DNA from: Macrostomum lignano
Lineage: Eukaryota
Reading direction: 5' to 3'
DNA: 64,000 nucleotides
Assembly: GCA_002269645.1 (NCBI GenBank)
Contig: NIVC01000349.1
Coordinates: forward strand, 596,849-660,848
The first letter of the stretch is position 1, and the number at the start of each line of letters is the position of its first letter. Shown piece after piece: positions 1 to 12,863 of the stretch. The notes below the pieces were generated by a model. The model was given only the letters and a program-made list of their open reading frames with translations, was not told where the DNA came from and searched no databases. The translations under genes and the position numbers were made by a program.

Positions 1-720
1 GACAGCAGAAAGGAAAGCAGAGAGGAAAGAGGTGAAAGAAGAGATGAAAGAGTAAAGGGAAGAGAGAAGAGATAAAGATAGGCCTACATCTCTACATCTC
101 TAAGGTTATAGAGATAAGAGAGGTGGAAGGAGAGATGAGAAATGAGAGATGAGAGATAAAGGAGAGAGGAGAGTGGAGAGAGAGAAGAGAGGGAGAGAGA
201 GTATAGAAAAAGGAAGAAAAGAGAAAAGAAGAAAAGAGAAAGCAAAGTGAAGAGTCAAAAGAGGGAAAAGAAAAGAGTATAGAGGAGAGAGGTGAGAGAA
301 GATATAAGACAGAAATGCCAGAATAAAGAGGGGGATGAGAGAGCAGAGACAAGAGTGAACAGATGAAAGATGGGAGAGTAGAGAGAATGGAGGAGAGATT
401 ACAGAGACAAGAGGAGAGAGGAGAGACAAAGGGAGAGAAGTGAGTAAGGAGAGAGGAGAGGAAAGAGGAGAATAGGGAGGGGAGAGAGTAGAGAGAGGAG
501 AGATAAGAGAGAGAGAGAGAGAGAGAGAGAGGGGAGCAGAGAGAAATGAGAAGAGATAAGAGAGAAAAGATAAAAGAAGAAAAAGGAAAGATAAGAGAGC
601 AAAGATGAGAGAGAAAAGAGATGAGGGAAGATACGAGAGAAGAGGGGAGGAGAGATGAGGGATTAGAGAGAAGAGAGGAAACAGAAGAGACAATAGAAAT
701 TTTAAAGGATCCAAGAGACA
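1..720. repeat. Purine-rich (GA/GAA) degenerate low-complexity tract
   Basis: Almost exclusively A/G on the + strand, with a pure (GA)n core near 505-530. The Leu/Ser-rich minus-strand ORFs are by-products. Confidence 0.9.
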
Positions 721-1200
721 TAGGGAGAGTCAGGGAGAGACCAGAGTTTGCCAATAAATGTTTTAGAGTCAAACAGACATTTCCTGACATTTTGTGCAAT
801 ACCCCAGCCAACAATATCAATGTTTGCCTCAAACCCTAATTTTACATGAATGTTTCCATTTTATGTCTACCTCTATCCTACTAACTATTAACAAGTTTTT
901 GTTTGTGTATGGCCTTAGATTTTAGAATACATGCAAAAATAGTTCCCAGGATTAGAATTCCCTGGGTTCAAAATCCATAGGTTTCAACATACCTATATGT
1001 ACTTTATGGGCTATCATCAGTACGAATTACCTTGGGTAGCTTCAGTGCCTAAGCAGCAAGACACTGCTGACCAACAAAGACAACAAAATTAGAATTTTCA
1101 GATCAACAAAATTAATAAAATGTAGACAGTGATTGATAAATGTGTGCATGGTTGAAAAATGAAAAGGAAGAAAAATAGGTAAGAATTTAGAATAATTTAA

Positions 1201-2347
1201 GGGTCACTTTCACAAGCCCTAAATTTCACAACGTTGCAAGACACAAACTTTCATAAGCTCTAAATTTCATAAACCCTAATTTTCACATTGTCGAAAAGTT
1301 GTGCATAGTATTTCATAAGCTCTAAATTTCACAACGTCAAAAACAAAACTTGCATCAGACTGCATAAACTATAAATTTCACAAGCCATACTTTTCATAAG
1401 ACCTAATTTTCACAATGTCGAAAAGTTGTGCACAGAATTTCATAAGCTCTAAATTTCACAAGCTCTAAATTTCACAATGTCTAAAAACACTATGGAGATA
1501 CAATCTATCAGACGTGTTTTTAGGCATTGTGAAATTTAGGTCTTGTGAAAGATTGTATCTCCATAGTGTTTTTAGGCATTGTGAAATTTAGGTATTGTGA
1601 AAGATTGTATCTCCATAGTGTTTTTAGGCGTTGTGAAATTTAGGTCTTGTGAAAGATTGTATCTCCATAGTGTTTTTAGGCATTGTGAAATTTAGGTCTT
1701 GTGAAAGATTGTATCTCCATAGTGTTTTTAGGCGTTGTGAAATTTAGGTCTTGTGAAAGATTGTATCTCCATAGTGTTTTTAGGCATTGTGAAATTTAGG
1801 TCTTGTGAAAGATTGTATCTCCATAGTGTTTTTAGGCGTTGTGAAATTTAGGTCTTGTGAAAGATTGTATCTCCATAGTGTTTTTAGGCGTTGTGAAATT
1901 TAGGTCTTGTGAAAGATTGTATCTCCATAGTGTTTTTAGGCATTGTGAAATTTAGGTCTTGTGAAAGATTGTATCTCCATAGTGTTTTTAGGCGTTGTGA
2001 AATTTAGGTCTTGTGAAAGATTGTATCTCCATAGTGTTTTTAGGCATTGTGAAATTTAGGTCTTGTGAAAGATTGTATCTCCATAGTGTTTTTAGGCATT
2101 GTGAAATTTAGGTCTTGTGAAAGATTGTATCTCCATAGTGTTTTTAGGCATTGTGAAATTTAGAGCTTCTGAAAATAGAAGCAAATTTAATTTTTGACAT
2201 TGTGATATTTAGGGTTTGTGAAATTTAGAGATAGTAAAATTTAGGGCTTTTGAAATTCCGTGCATGCCTTTAAGGTATTATGAAATATAGGTCTTATGAA
2301 AGGTTCTGGTTTCGACGTTGTGAAAATTAGGGTTTGTGAAACGACCC
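1201..2347. mobile_element. Non-autonomous foldback/TIR DNA element with TTAA flanks (Kolobok-like termini)
   Basis: Left end GGGTCACTTTCACAAGCCCTAAATTTCACAACG is the imperfect reverse complement of the right end CGTTGTGAAAATTAGGGTTTGTGAAACGACCC. TTAA lies at 1197-1200 and 2348-2351. AAATTTCACAA motifs point inward from both sides. Confidence 0.7.
1516..2162. repeat. 52-bp tandem array (~12 copies) inside the foldback element
   Basis: Unit GATTGTATCTCCATAGTGTTTTTAGGCATTGTGAAATTTAGGTCTTGTGAAA, period 52 (1561, 1613, 1665). One inverted copy sits at ~1470-1506. Confidence 0.95.
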
Positions 2348-2560
2348 TTAATTTAACACAGAAATGGGGAACTAACTAGGTCTAGAACATTGGTCATTGC
2401 CAAATTTAGTTTAATGTATGCAATATAATTATAATATATATTATATAAATATATAAAATAAAAATACATATTGTGATAACTGATACAAACTCATATATTG
2501 TTATATTCTTTGATTAATTGATTTGCACCATCTTAAAAAAGGCATAGAACTTTAATTTTT

Positions 2561-5500
2561 GGTAAGGGGTAAAACACTACCCGAAAAATGGGGTAACAAG
2601 CTACCTGATGATTTTAGGCGTCTACCTGCTTCAAATTGTCCAGAAAATGTGCCTAACCTATGCAGCTTCTAGTGTGGAATTTTTTTAGGTGAAAAACTGA
2701 AAGATTATGATGAAAATCACGTTTATTTTTGTTGGTAGTGTTAATTTACTCCAAAAAGCTACCCAAAACTACCCGACCCCTACCCCCGTCATTGAGAATC
2801 GAAAATCAATAGCTAAGCTTACTTTTACATCTTCTGCCATAATGTATAATATCAAGTGGTTTTAACGTGTATGAGCAAAGTTAGGGTAATGGGTAATTTG
2901 TTTTACTGTATTTTACTTTCGCATTTTTTAATAGGCATTTTCATTTACGTTTGGCAACTTAGTTATTGTGTAGCCCGTTAAGCTAGTGTAAGGTGCAAAC
3001 TAATATTAAAGTATCGTTTTTTAGTTGATGCATAGTATAGAAAATAAATTACATCTAATAGAGGCTCGGTATATTTTTGCCTCAATTCAAAGTGAATTTC
3101 ACTGTCGAAGTTTTTTATGGTTAGGCCTAACATTAAATTTATTCATTAAAAATTAAGCAGATTGTGTAAAGTATAAGTATGAAATGCCATATACCATATG
3201 TCAGCTGTCCTTTATAAGTTTATATATTTACGCTTTGTATACCAGAAGCATAATACTATGTTTACTCAATTATTTTTGGCCATGCCTTGTCTGTCACTAC
3301 CATTGGGCATTGCTATGGATGGCTTTTGATAGGTTTTTGAATACTCATTTTAGATTCTTCTTATATTGTGGCAGGCTGTGAAGCACTTCTATATTTAGGA
3401 ATGGATCATGATCTAATTAGAGTTACTATTTTACTTTATCCTACTCTACTTTAAGGAAGTTTCGGGAATAGCAAAACCATGATATTGATTATACTTATAG
3501 AATTTTACAATAGGAAGAATAAATTAAGAAAGGACCATAATCTAATGGGGGTTATTAAAATTTGCTTTCTCACTTTGTCTATTGGCCTTATAAATTTAAT
3601 AGCAAATTGGAAATGCTTTTAAGTTGATAACTAGACTTAGTTTGTTATCTATTTTTGCCCTAGGGCTCTCTATTATTCTTTCTCTTGGTTCTAACTTATA
3701 TACACTTTATATATACTTTATAAAGTATACAATACACTTTTCTTCTAATATTTCTCTTGTCTAAACTTCCTCTCTTTGGTAGTGGTTGTGCCCAAGCAGC
3801 TTGGCACTCTTTCTTATAGTCTAGGCATTGTGATCTAGAGGGTCATAGCAATTACACAATCTAAATGATTGGAATACTTCTTGAATTTAGACTTCAATGA
3901 TTTGCTCACTTTCAAGCTAATTGCTCTTTGTTGCTCATTAGTAAGATGATTCCTTTTAGTCTAACCACCTATATATTTATAGTAATTTTTCAAGATATTT
4001 AAAAAAATATAATTTTATGCTTTAATTGGGCATCTAAATATAATACAATATTGTAGAATATTTGAGTGTTTTAACAAAGTTTACTAGGCCTATATGATTT
4101 GAACATTAAAAGAAATTGCTTTGATACAAAATCAATTTTCAAATATTCAATAGTGAATATTTTAAAGATGGCCTAATAATTTCTAATTATAATATCTTTT
4201 AGACAAAATTTGGAATGAATAATAGCAAAATGCAATATTTACTTGTTTGTCATAGCCTTCTAATTAGACTGATAAAAGTTTTATACAATTATAGCATTTT
4301 GTGCCTTACTTTGCTTTTTATCTGTTATGATTACAATTAAAGTCCAAACTTATTTAATAACTAACTTAGAGTATTGCAAACTGAAGATTCTATTATTAGT
4401 ATATATTTTCATTTTTAGAATACTAGATTGTCATAGGCCTGGCATTACTTGGCATTTACTTGGCAAATGCCATAGGCCTAGGCCTGGCCAAGTAACTGAT
4501 TACATGGCATTACCTGGCATTTACTTAGCATTAGTTGGCATTTACTTGGCAGACACCTGGCATTAGTTGGCATTTACTTGGCATTAGTTGGTATCAGATG
4601 GTATACATTAGTTTTCAGTTTGCATTGGGTTGGTTCATAAATGTAAAGTGTAGTAACTATAGGACAAGCACAAATAGTATCTCTGTAGTACTATTGTCTC
4701 TGATCCAGTCTTTCTGAGTGTCTGTCAATTTAGATGCTAATGTTAGACTTCTAAAATCCTATAAAAATTGCAGCTGAACCTCCTATAGACTACACTTACT
4801 GTAGACTTACTGCAGCCTGGTCCGCCACTGCCATGTCCTGATAGTTCTGTAATTGTGGTGTTTGCACTCCCACAAGATCTACCATTGCGCAGTATATGCC
4901 AAAGGCTTTGTGTTTATACTCGTGGAATGACTGCGTCTTGTGTTCACATTTACAGTCAGCATGGCTACAAGCGGTGTGGTAAAGACCGAGTGTCTGTTAT
5001 TACTTCCATTGAAGAGCCTAAAGTGGCTATATTTCTACATGGCGTATATGGTGGAGCAATCCATGGCAAGCACCACCAAAATGGTAAAGAGTGGCTTTGT
5101 TGTCTTTCTACCCCATCTAGACAGTAAATTTACCTCACCAACCTTGCCTTGCTCATCCGTGCACATCACCACACATGCGACGTATACTTCAACGTTTGCT
5201 CACCCAGTTGGTGCTCTGTGGGAATGACCGCGTTCTTCGATGCTTTATTCTGTGGTTGATCTCTGCTCCGCTATTCCGTTATAGAACAATGAGCCCAATC
5301 ATAGCCATTATAATGAAGAGTTAGTCAATAACCTTGAAGTAAACATTGGCAAGCAGGAGCTGGGCGGCGACAAGCAGGAGCTGGGCGGCGATGAGCAGGA
5401 GCTGGGCGGCGACAAGCAGGAGCTGGGCGGCGACGAGCAGGAGCTGGGCGGCAATGAGCAGGAGCTGGGAGGAGACAAGCAAGAGTCGGTTGTCCTGATG

Positions 5501-7484
5501 CAGCTGCAATCGCGGCAAGTAAAATCTCAGATGATGCTTCGTAAACGGCGTGTGGGATGAGCAAGATAATCTATTTAAAATTTCCATATGGATTCACTTG
5601 ATCTGTGAAACCCGCACTAGCCGTACTAGAAACAATATGCATTGTGGACACAAATGTTTAAGAAACAGTTATCTCATAGACTTTTAATAGTGGTTTATGG
5701 AACCAATATCAATATAAGTGAAAGGAACTTATTTCTAAGACACTAAACTAGGATACAAAATGTGATCCATGTCTTCTGTTTGTTTTTCTAATAGAAATGA
5801 GACCTAGCAAGCTGTTAGTAGCAATCCATTTGTTAGGTCAATGCGTATACGTTAGCCATATTTGGAAGAGTAAGTTTTAAAGTGTAATTCTCTTGGGGTG
5901 CTCTACACGCATCCCGACAAAAAATTTCTGGACATAATCAGCGTACTTTTGGTAATCCATTTTGCATCTGTAATTTTGTAATTTCTCTATTCCTTGGACC
6001 TTGAAATATATTGTCTTAGCTCCTACGTGTTTTCTTTATATCCATAAGAACCATCTGATTCTTATCAATTTAGTCAATTTAGAGCAACAATAAATTTCGT
6101 AATTGACATTTATCTTAATTGACTTTTGGAACATCTCAACTTTCACTAAATCACCCAGGATTCGCCCCATTCTGGTCCGTGATATCGCTAGGTGCTGTGC
6201 AAATGGTGCACAAATACGTAGATAGTGAACTTTTAGGCACAGAAATGCACTATACAATGCTTTGAGATTTCTACTTTAGAATATCAAACTTTGAGATTCC
6301 AAATCTCTAAGCCGAGAAAAAGTTAAAAATAGCTCCAACTTTTTTGCCTCACTGCCTGGCGTCTCCGGAGTTTTGCCATTTGATTTCTCATGCCAAAATC
6401 ATTGGGAAAGAGTCATTTTGCAAGTGGGCAATCATTTTGAAAAAATTTTGACTTTTCAAAATCTCAGGTCAACTTACTAAAGTAATCCATGCCCATACCA
6501 GCCATTCGAGCTCGAGTACATACTCGTAGAACCGCCCAACATCATCCGGACCACGCTACATTTTGATTGGGCATGCAAAATGCGTTCGAAAGACGGCAAC
6601 GCGGTCGCTCAGAACCTATTAGAAGCGCTTCTAGTGGGCTAAAATAGCACATCTATTGGGTCTTATATCGATTTTTTTATCAGAAATCAGCATTTAGTCT
6701 ATAAACCTATCAAAAGCCATCCATAGAATGCCCAATGGTAGTGACAGACAAGGCATGGCCAAAAATAATTGAGTAAACATAGTATTATGCTTCTGGTATA
6801 CAAAGCGTAAATATATAAACTTATAAAGGACAGCTGACATATGGTATATGGCATTTCATACTTATACTTTACACAATCTGCTTAATTTTTAATGAATAAA
6901 TTTAATGTTATTGTTAGGCCTAGGGCCTAACCATAAAAAACTTCAACAGTGAAATTCACTTTGAATTGAGGCAAAAATATACCAAGCCTCTATTAGATGT
7001 AATTTATTTTCTATACTATGCATCAACTAAAAAATGATGCTTTAATATTAGTTTGCACCTTACACTAGCTTAACGGGCTACATAATAACTAAGTCAAACG
7101 TAAACGAAAATGCCTGTTAAAAAATGCAAAAGTAAAATACAGTAAAACAAATTACCCATTACCCTAACTTTGCTCATACACGTTAAAACCACTTGATATT
7201 ATACATTATGGCAGAAGATGTAAAAGTAAGCTTAGCTATTGATTTTCGATTCTCAATGACGGGGGTAGGGGTCGGGTAGTTTTGGGTAGCTTTTTGGAGT
7301 AAAACACTACCAACAAAAATAAACGTGAATTTCATTATAATCTTTCAGTTTTTCACCTAAAAAAATTCCACACTAGAAGCTGCATAGGTTAGCCGCATTT
7401 TCTGGACGATTTGAAGCAGGTAGACGCCTAAAATCATCGGGTAGCCTGTTACCCCATTTCTTGGGTAGTGTTTTACCCCTTACC
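2561..7484. mobile_element. Mutator-like (MULE) element with ~780-bp terminal inverted repeats, non-autonomous
   Basis: 2561-3336 is the reverse complement of 6703-7484 with few differences, and the termini are GGTAAGGGGTAAAAC...GTTTTACCCCTTACC. A perfect 9-bp TSD TTAATTTTT lies at 2552-2560 and 7485-7493. Long TIRs plus a 9-bp TSD are typical of Mutator. No intact transposase ORF is present inside. Confidence 0.85.
5285..5560 (+). pseudogene. Exon-like coding remnant inside the MULE with (QELGGD[K/E]) 7-aa repeats
   Basis: Preceded by ctattccgttatag (acceptor-like). Reads NNEPNHSHYNEELVNNLEVNIGK(QELGGDK/E)x6...MMLRKRRVG*. Variation among the 21-bp units is largely synonymous or conservative in this frame. 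Confidence 0.4.
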
Positions 7485-7967
7485 TTAATTTTTGGTTGTT
7501 TACTATCTCTAATGATTTCTATATAAGATAATTCGAGTGAACTATCAGTAATAATATAGAATTGTCTAAATCTGAACATATATAATAATGCAAAAAAGAG
7601 GTCCGAGGTCCTGGGAGACTGGGAGTCGCCAACTATTCGCTGCATGGGTTGTTGATTCGGGTCCATATAATCTTTAATTACTTTGATTGCGTTGCGGCTC
7701 TACAATAATCTAAATATACTAAATCTCTAATATTTGTTTGTTTCTAATTGTATGTCCATAACGCTATAGTACTTCTACTATATTTGGTTGGCGACTTGGC
7801 GACTTTGAGATTTCTCCAAATTTCTCCAAAAACGTACGGGTGAAGGGCTGATGTTTTTGTAGTTGAGTTGTTCTAAATTCATAATGGTTGGATCAACGAT
7901 TGGACTATTCGAGTTTTTAATGTCAATTACAACTGGCCTACATGCAGAATTTGTTTGACTTGGTTTC

Positions 7968-8148
7968 CAGTGGCACAACCAGCGGCCGGCGGGGGGCGGT
8001 CGCCGCCCCCCTCAGGCGGAGACCGAAAAAAATTCGAAGGGGGACCAAGCGAATTTTCGCCAAAAACAGAGCCGCCCCTCCGCCCCCCTCCCGGGTCTTT
8101 ACTCTTCAGAAACCGCCCCCTTAGAAAATTTCCATGGTTGCGCTACTG
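7968..8148. mobile_element. hAT-type MITE (181 bp)
   Basis: TIRs CAGTGGCACAACCA / TGGTTGCGCTACTG and an 8-bp TSD TTGGTTTC / TTGGCTTC (1 mismatch). The interior is GC-rich within AT-rich flanks. Confidence 0.75.
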
Positions 8149-9234
8149 TTGGCTTCAGTCCTGGAAATTATCTCTGGCAGTTTCCAGGAGTGGGGGAGTG
8201 ATTTTTCCTAAACTAAGAGTTGATAGTTAGAACATCGGGGAAGCTTAACGAGAAAACTTAGAAAAGTAATAGGGTGATCCTTCCGTACCAATGCAAAATT
8301 CCAAAATTCCTGTAAATTCCAAAGTCTTTTTTCAACTAAAATATGAATATTTAACTATGCGTACAGAACAACCAGTACAAAAATTAATCTTTCACCAGAA
8401 CCACATAGCAGTACCTTACTGCTGTAACCAGTAGTACATGTATGTACATGTATATATATGACTGAGATAGAGCATTCGACGTGTAAGTTCTTTGATTACT
8501 TACCGAATTTTGCCCCAAAAATATATTTGCTTGTTTGAATACAAAATTTTTTATTATCGCATACTGCAGCGCAGTGTGCATGTAATTTTAATGTACTTTT
8601 TATTACATGTTACAATGTATACGCGGCCTATTAAAACCAATTAACTTTATAAACTCCATCATGAGATGGACACCCTGGGAGGAAGCTGAATACTGCAGTG
8701 GCTGCATGGCAACAATGGGATTGATGAAACGTAGATATCTATAAGACTGTGCCATTTTTGTGTGAAAGTGTACTATACTGCACTATACTACTACTTATAC
8801 TAATGTTCTGACATAGGGTCAAAATAGCTTTATTTAGTTAAATAAACAAATTTATTTTAAAATAAGCTCAAGCTAGTTTGATTATGAAACTATCTATATT
8901 CTACCAGTATGTAAATATGTATTAGTTTATATATAAGATTCAGTATAGGATTTTAGTGAAAGACGGTTGACTGACTGATAATTCGTGCATACATGTACAT
9001 GTAAGTTTGAATGGAAAAGAATAGGCAAACGAATTGTGAACCTTATACCTACAGTATTATAAATTTGAAAAACTTTATCCCATGCATGTATTGAAGGCAC
9101 CATGCGAAAATGCTGGTTTGACAGTTGCTGCATACAGGTTCTGCAGGACTCACAAAAAAGTAAAGCTGCACATGTCATTTTTTGTGTGCCACACAATCAC
9201 CTGTGGCACTTTTTGCAACCCCGGGCTGTGACAG

Positions 9235-10050
9235 AAAATTACAGAGATATTATACTTATCATGCTGTTACAGTAGATTACAGGAAATAAACATGCGGTGA
9301 CAGTAAATTACAGAGATTTACATGCTGTGACCGTAAACTACAGGGATGTGTCATGCTGTGACAGTAAATTACCGAGATTTATCATGCTGTGACAGTAAAT
9401 TACAGAGATTGATCATGCTGTGACAGTAAATTACCGAGATTTATCATGCTGTGACAGTAAATTACAGAGATTGATCATGCTGTGACAGTAAATTACCGAG
9501 ATTTATCATGCTGTGACAGTAAATTACCGAGATTTATCATGCTGTGACAGTAAATGACAGAGATTGATCATGCTGTGACAGTAAATTACAGAGATTTATC
9601 ATGCTGTGACAGTAAATTGCAGAGATTTATCATACTGTGACAGTAAATTACAGAGATTTATCATGCTGTGGCAGTAAATTACAGAGATTTATCATGCTGT
9701 GACAGTAAATTACAGGGATTTTTCAGGCTGTGACAGTAAATTACAGAGATTGATCATGCTGTGGCAGTAAATTACAGGGATTTTTCAGGCTGTGACAGTA
9801 AATTACAGGGATTTGTCATGCTGTGACAGTAAATTACAAAGATTGATCATGCTGTGACTGTAAATTACAGAGATTGATCATGCTGTGACAGTAAATTACA
9901 GGGATTTGTCATGCTGTGACAGTAAATTACAGAGATTGATCATGCTGTGACTGTAAATTACAGAGATTTTTCATGCTGTGACAGTAAATTACAGGGATTT
10001 GTCATGCTGTGACAGTAAATTACAGAGACGTTCATGTATCTATCATGCTG
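9235..10050. repeat. 31-bp minisatellite
   Basis: Unit CATGCTGTGACAGTAAATTACAGAGATTTAT, period 31, about 25 copies, directly 3' of the DEG/ENaC stop codon. Confidence 0.95.
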
Positions 10051-10125
10051 TGATGAAGAAGCAGCCATTGAAACTGAACCCAGTGACCGATCCAAATCGC
10101 TATGCAGAGAGCTGCCGGTTCGAAC

Positions 10126-12234
10126 TCAGGACTCTTCTTCAGTGTCCGAGTCGTCATCATTTCTCCTGCACCTCTGCACCAGAATATAGATGAACTCAAG
10201 CAGCTCAAATGTGCTCACGACGCTGATGCCGAGCCAGAGTCCCAGAGTTCCTCCGACCTGCGGAATATCGAGGAAAAATTGAAAACTGGCACAGCAGCTC
10301 AGTGTTGCTAAGGGAACCAGGGTGGTGGGATTTGCTGGAGCCGATTTTAACTGGGCATGCAAGTGGAGCTGAGGGTGAGACAGTGGGGCTAAGGCGGGTC
10401 TGACCACCAGCCTTAAACACTGGAATATTGCAATAACCGGAATGCAGCTCTCACCTCCGACAGGGCCTCAGTCCAGTGGTATCTGTACATCTCTTCGTAA
10501 ACGTCCGCGGCAGGACTCTGCAAGCTGATGCTGACTGCTGCCAGGTTCTCCGCCAATTCGCTATGACGAACGCAAGGCGTTCCGAAATTTATATAATCTT
10601 CGTATGCCTGTAAGTTCTTTAATTAATAAACATTACGGCAGGTTCTGTCGTGAGATAGACGAAAATTAACTAGAATTTCCTGTCTGGATCTGTGATTTTT
10701 CTTATAGATATGATGCACCTTGCCATCCTCGGGCAGGAACTCGACTCCATGTGTGACTTGTGGCACCATCAGGTTCTCCCAGATCTCTTGAATGGCGCTG
10801 AACGGGGGCCACCCGCGGCTCTGCTGCCAAGGCCGTTGCTGAGTGAATTGGCACCACATCCGGTGTTGGAACTCCTTCGCCAGCTCCTCGCTTTTCCTCT
10901 GTGCGTGCTCAAACCAGTGATCATGGCAGTCGATTCTCTTCAGCACAGCATCCGATGGGGTGATCCACTCCTGTGGTGGAGCGAAGTAGCAAAGGTCGCT
11001 CGTATTCACCGAGAACGGGAGCAGGTGCGAGTAGCAGCCGCAGTTGCTGTGCAGGATGCTCTGCTGTGCCTCGACTACGAAATCGGAGACGGACTTTGAG
11101 TAGGCCTTGGTGACCACGTTCAGCGAGGCGTTGGAGAAGTGCCTGACATAGTTGATGGTTTCGATTGGAGGCTCGGAGCAACTGCGGCTCGGCGTCGACT
11201 TGAGTCGGTTGTGGACCGGCCTGAGTTTGATGGAGGTGCTGGTGGCTGAGGCCACGTCCACGAACTCGGTCTCTGCGGTTTGGCATGGGTTTGGCATTGG
11301 CTGTGAGACTGGTTTGGCATGGGTTGTGCGTGGGCTATGAGACTATGTGACCTACGAGCTATGAAAACAATTTAATGCGACCTCAAAATTACGTACGACT
11401 CATCGGGTAGCTTTTCGCGTCGTGAATGAAAAGGCGCAATCCAGTAGACTGAGGCTGGTTGTTCTGCAGTAGCCGATTGGCAGATCTGCTTCTGAATAAT
11501 ATGCGGGACATGCAGGATGGAGGGTTATTTTTTTCCTGTTCGGTCTGAAAAATATACCTAGAATAGTAGGAACTGTCTGTGTAGCCATCGGTGAAGAGCA
11601 CCATGTCGAGCTCGGCTCCCCTGCCCCCAGAACCGCTGGACGACTGCCCCGGGTCCGGGTGGAACGTGTAGCAGCTCCAGAACCGGCTGGTCTGGACAAG
11701 CGAGAAGTTCTTGTGACTGCAGGGCTCGTTGTTGTAGCGGCAGCTCAGCAGCATGGTCTTATCGAGGTGGGAGATGTCTCTGGTGTCGCCCGACACCCAC
11801 ATCACGTCCAGGACCTTCTTGCACACCTTCTCAATTCGGTTTTGGTAGCTTTCATCCGATTCCTGCGGGCGCTTCTTGGTGTCCTCTTGGAACCAGTTGT
11901 CGAAGTTGCCCCAGAAGGCTTTCAAGTAGTTGTAATATTGACTATTCACGGATAAGCTAAGAGACATGGGCTTGAAATTGCAGATTGTGACGTCGGGAAA
12001 CTGGGCTCGTTCGCTCCTCAGCTTCAGCCGCGACTCAACGGAGCGATCGGTGAATTTCTGCACCAATTTTGCCAGGTGGACGGTGCAGCCGATCAGGGCA
12101 GCTACGAACAGAAGCAGCCAGAAGAGCCGTCGAGCTGTGCCTCTGGACAGGAATATGTGCAGCAAGCCGTGGGTTCTCGTGATGCCAGCCACCTCCTGGG
12201 CGGCACCGGTCACCGTGCGGAGTCGGGCTCGCAT
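10126..12234 (-). CDS. DEG/ENaC (amiloride-sensitive sodium channel family) subunit, 4 exons, ~558 aa
   Basis: Exons 12234-11397, 11272-10719, 10607-10455 and 10257-10126 have GT/AG ends and consistent phases (1,0,0; total 1677 nt). Motifs: pre-TM1 HG (ITRTHGL), TM1, FPDVTICN, CRYNNEPC, CYTF, Cys-rich thumb (NCGCYSHLLP), and TM2 ALSE/VGGTLGLWLGIS with a GxS filter. The 10719 donor is the least certain. Confidence 0.9.
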
Positions 12235-12863
12235 TTTCCTCTTCAGTTTTTAAAGCAGCCTGCAGAACGGAATGCTGTAGATTTCTTAAGGCAGTTGCTA
12301 AGGAGTTATTTGCTAGTACTCAGAGGTTATCGAGCGCTCAAGCCAAACTCTTCCGCTCGGCAGTCCTGTTCCGCAGTGCGAGCTGCATCCTATCGGTGCC
12401 CTAGACTAAAGCATTCCCGCAACTGGGTGGCTTATTTGCTACTTGGCTTACATGGATTTTGCTACGCAATTTAGGCGCAGCTAAAACAGTACTGTATAGA
12501 CTGTAGAGTATGTAATATTCTAGCCAATACATGCACATAATTTTCTAGCAAATCTGGTCCCTAGATCCCGGTCAGATCGCCAGTGCTTTAAGGTTAAAGG
12601 TTAGGGGTCTGGTGAAGTCGCCAAAATGAGTACCTGTGGTGCCAAAATGAGTGTGCTAACAACACCGACTCGCAAAATAATTTACAAGTAGAATTCTTGT
12701 CTTTGTCCCCCCCCCCCCTTCGACCATAAAAGCCAGGGCAACGCAACTGCAACGTAAAAAAAAATTAAACGTCAGAGTAAAATTACATTAAGAGTTTAGG
12801 CGTCAATTTTGAAAAGCTTGTAGGTTAATTCACTTTACTGCGATGACTCTTTAGTCAATGAAT

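Noticed and set aside
92-832. 246-aa and 202-aa Leu/Ser-rich ORFs resembling membrane proteins
   Set aside because: They are translations of the complement of a GA-rich low-complexity tract.
1516-2162. Regular repeat array superficially like a CRISPR
   Set aside because: Units are contiguous with no unique spacers, there are no cas genes, and the context is eukaryotic. The same holds for all other arrays in the window.
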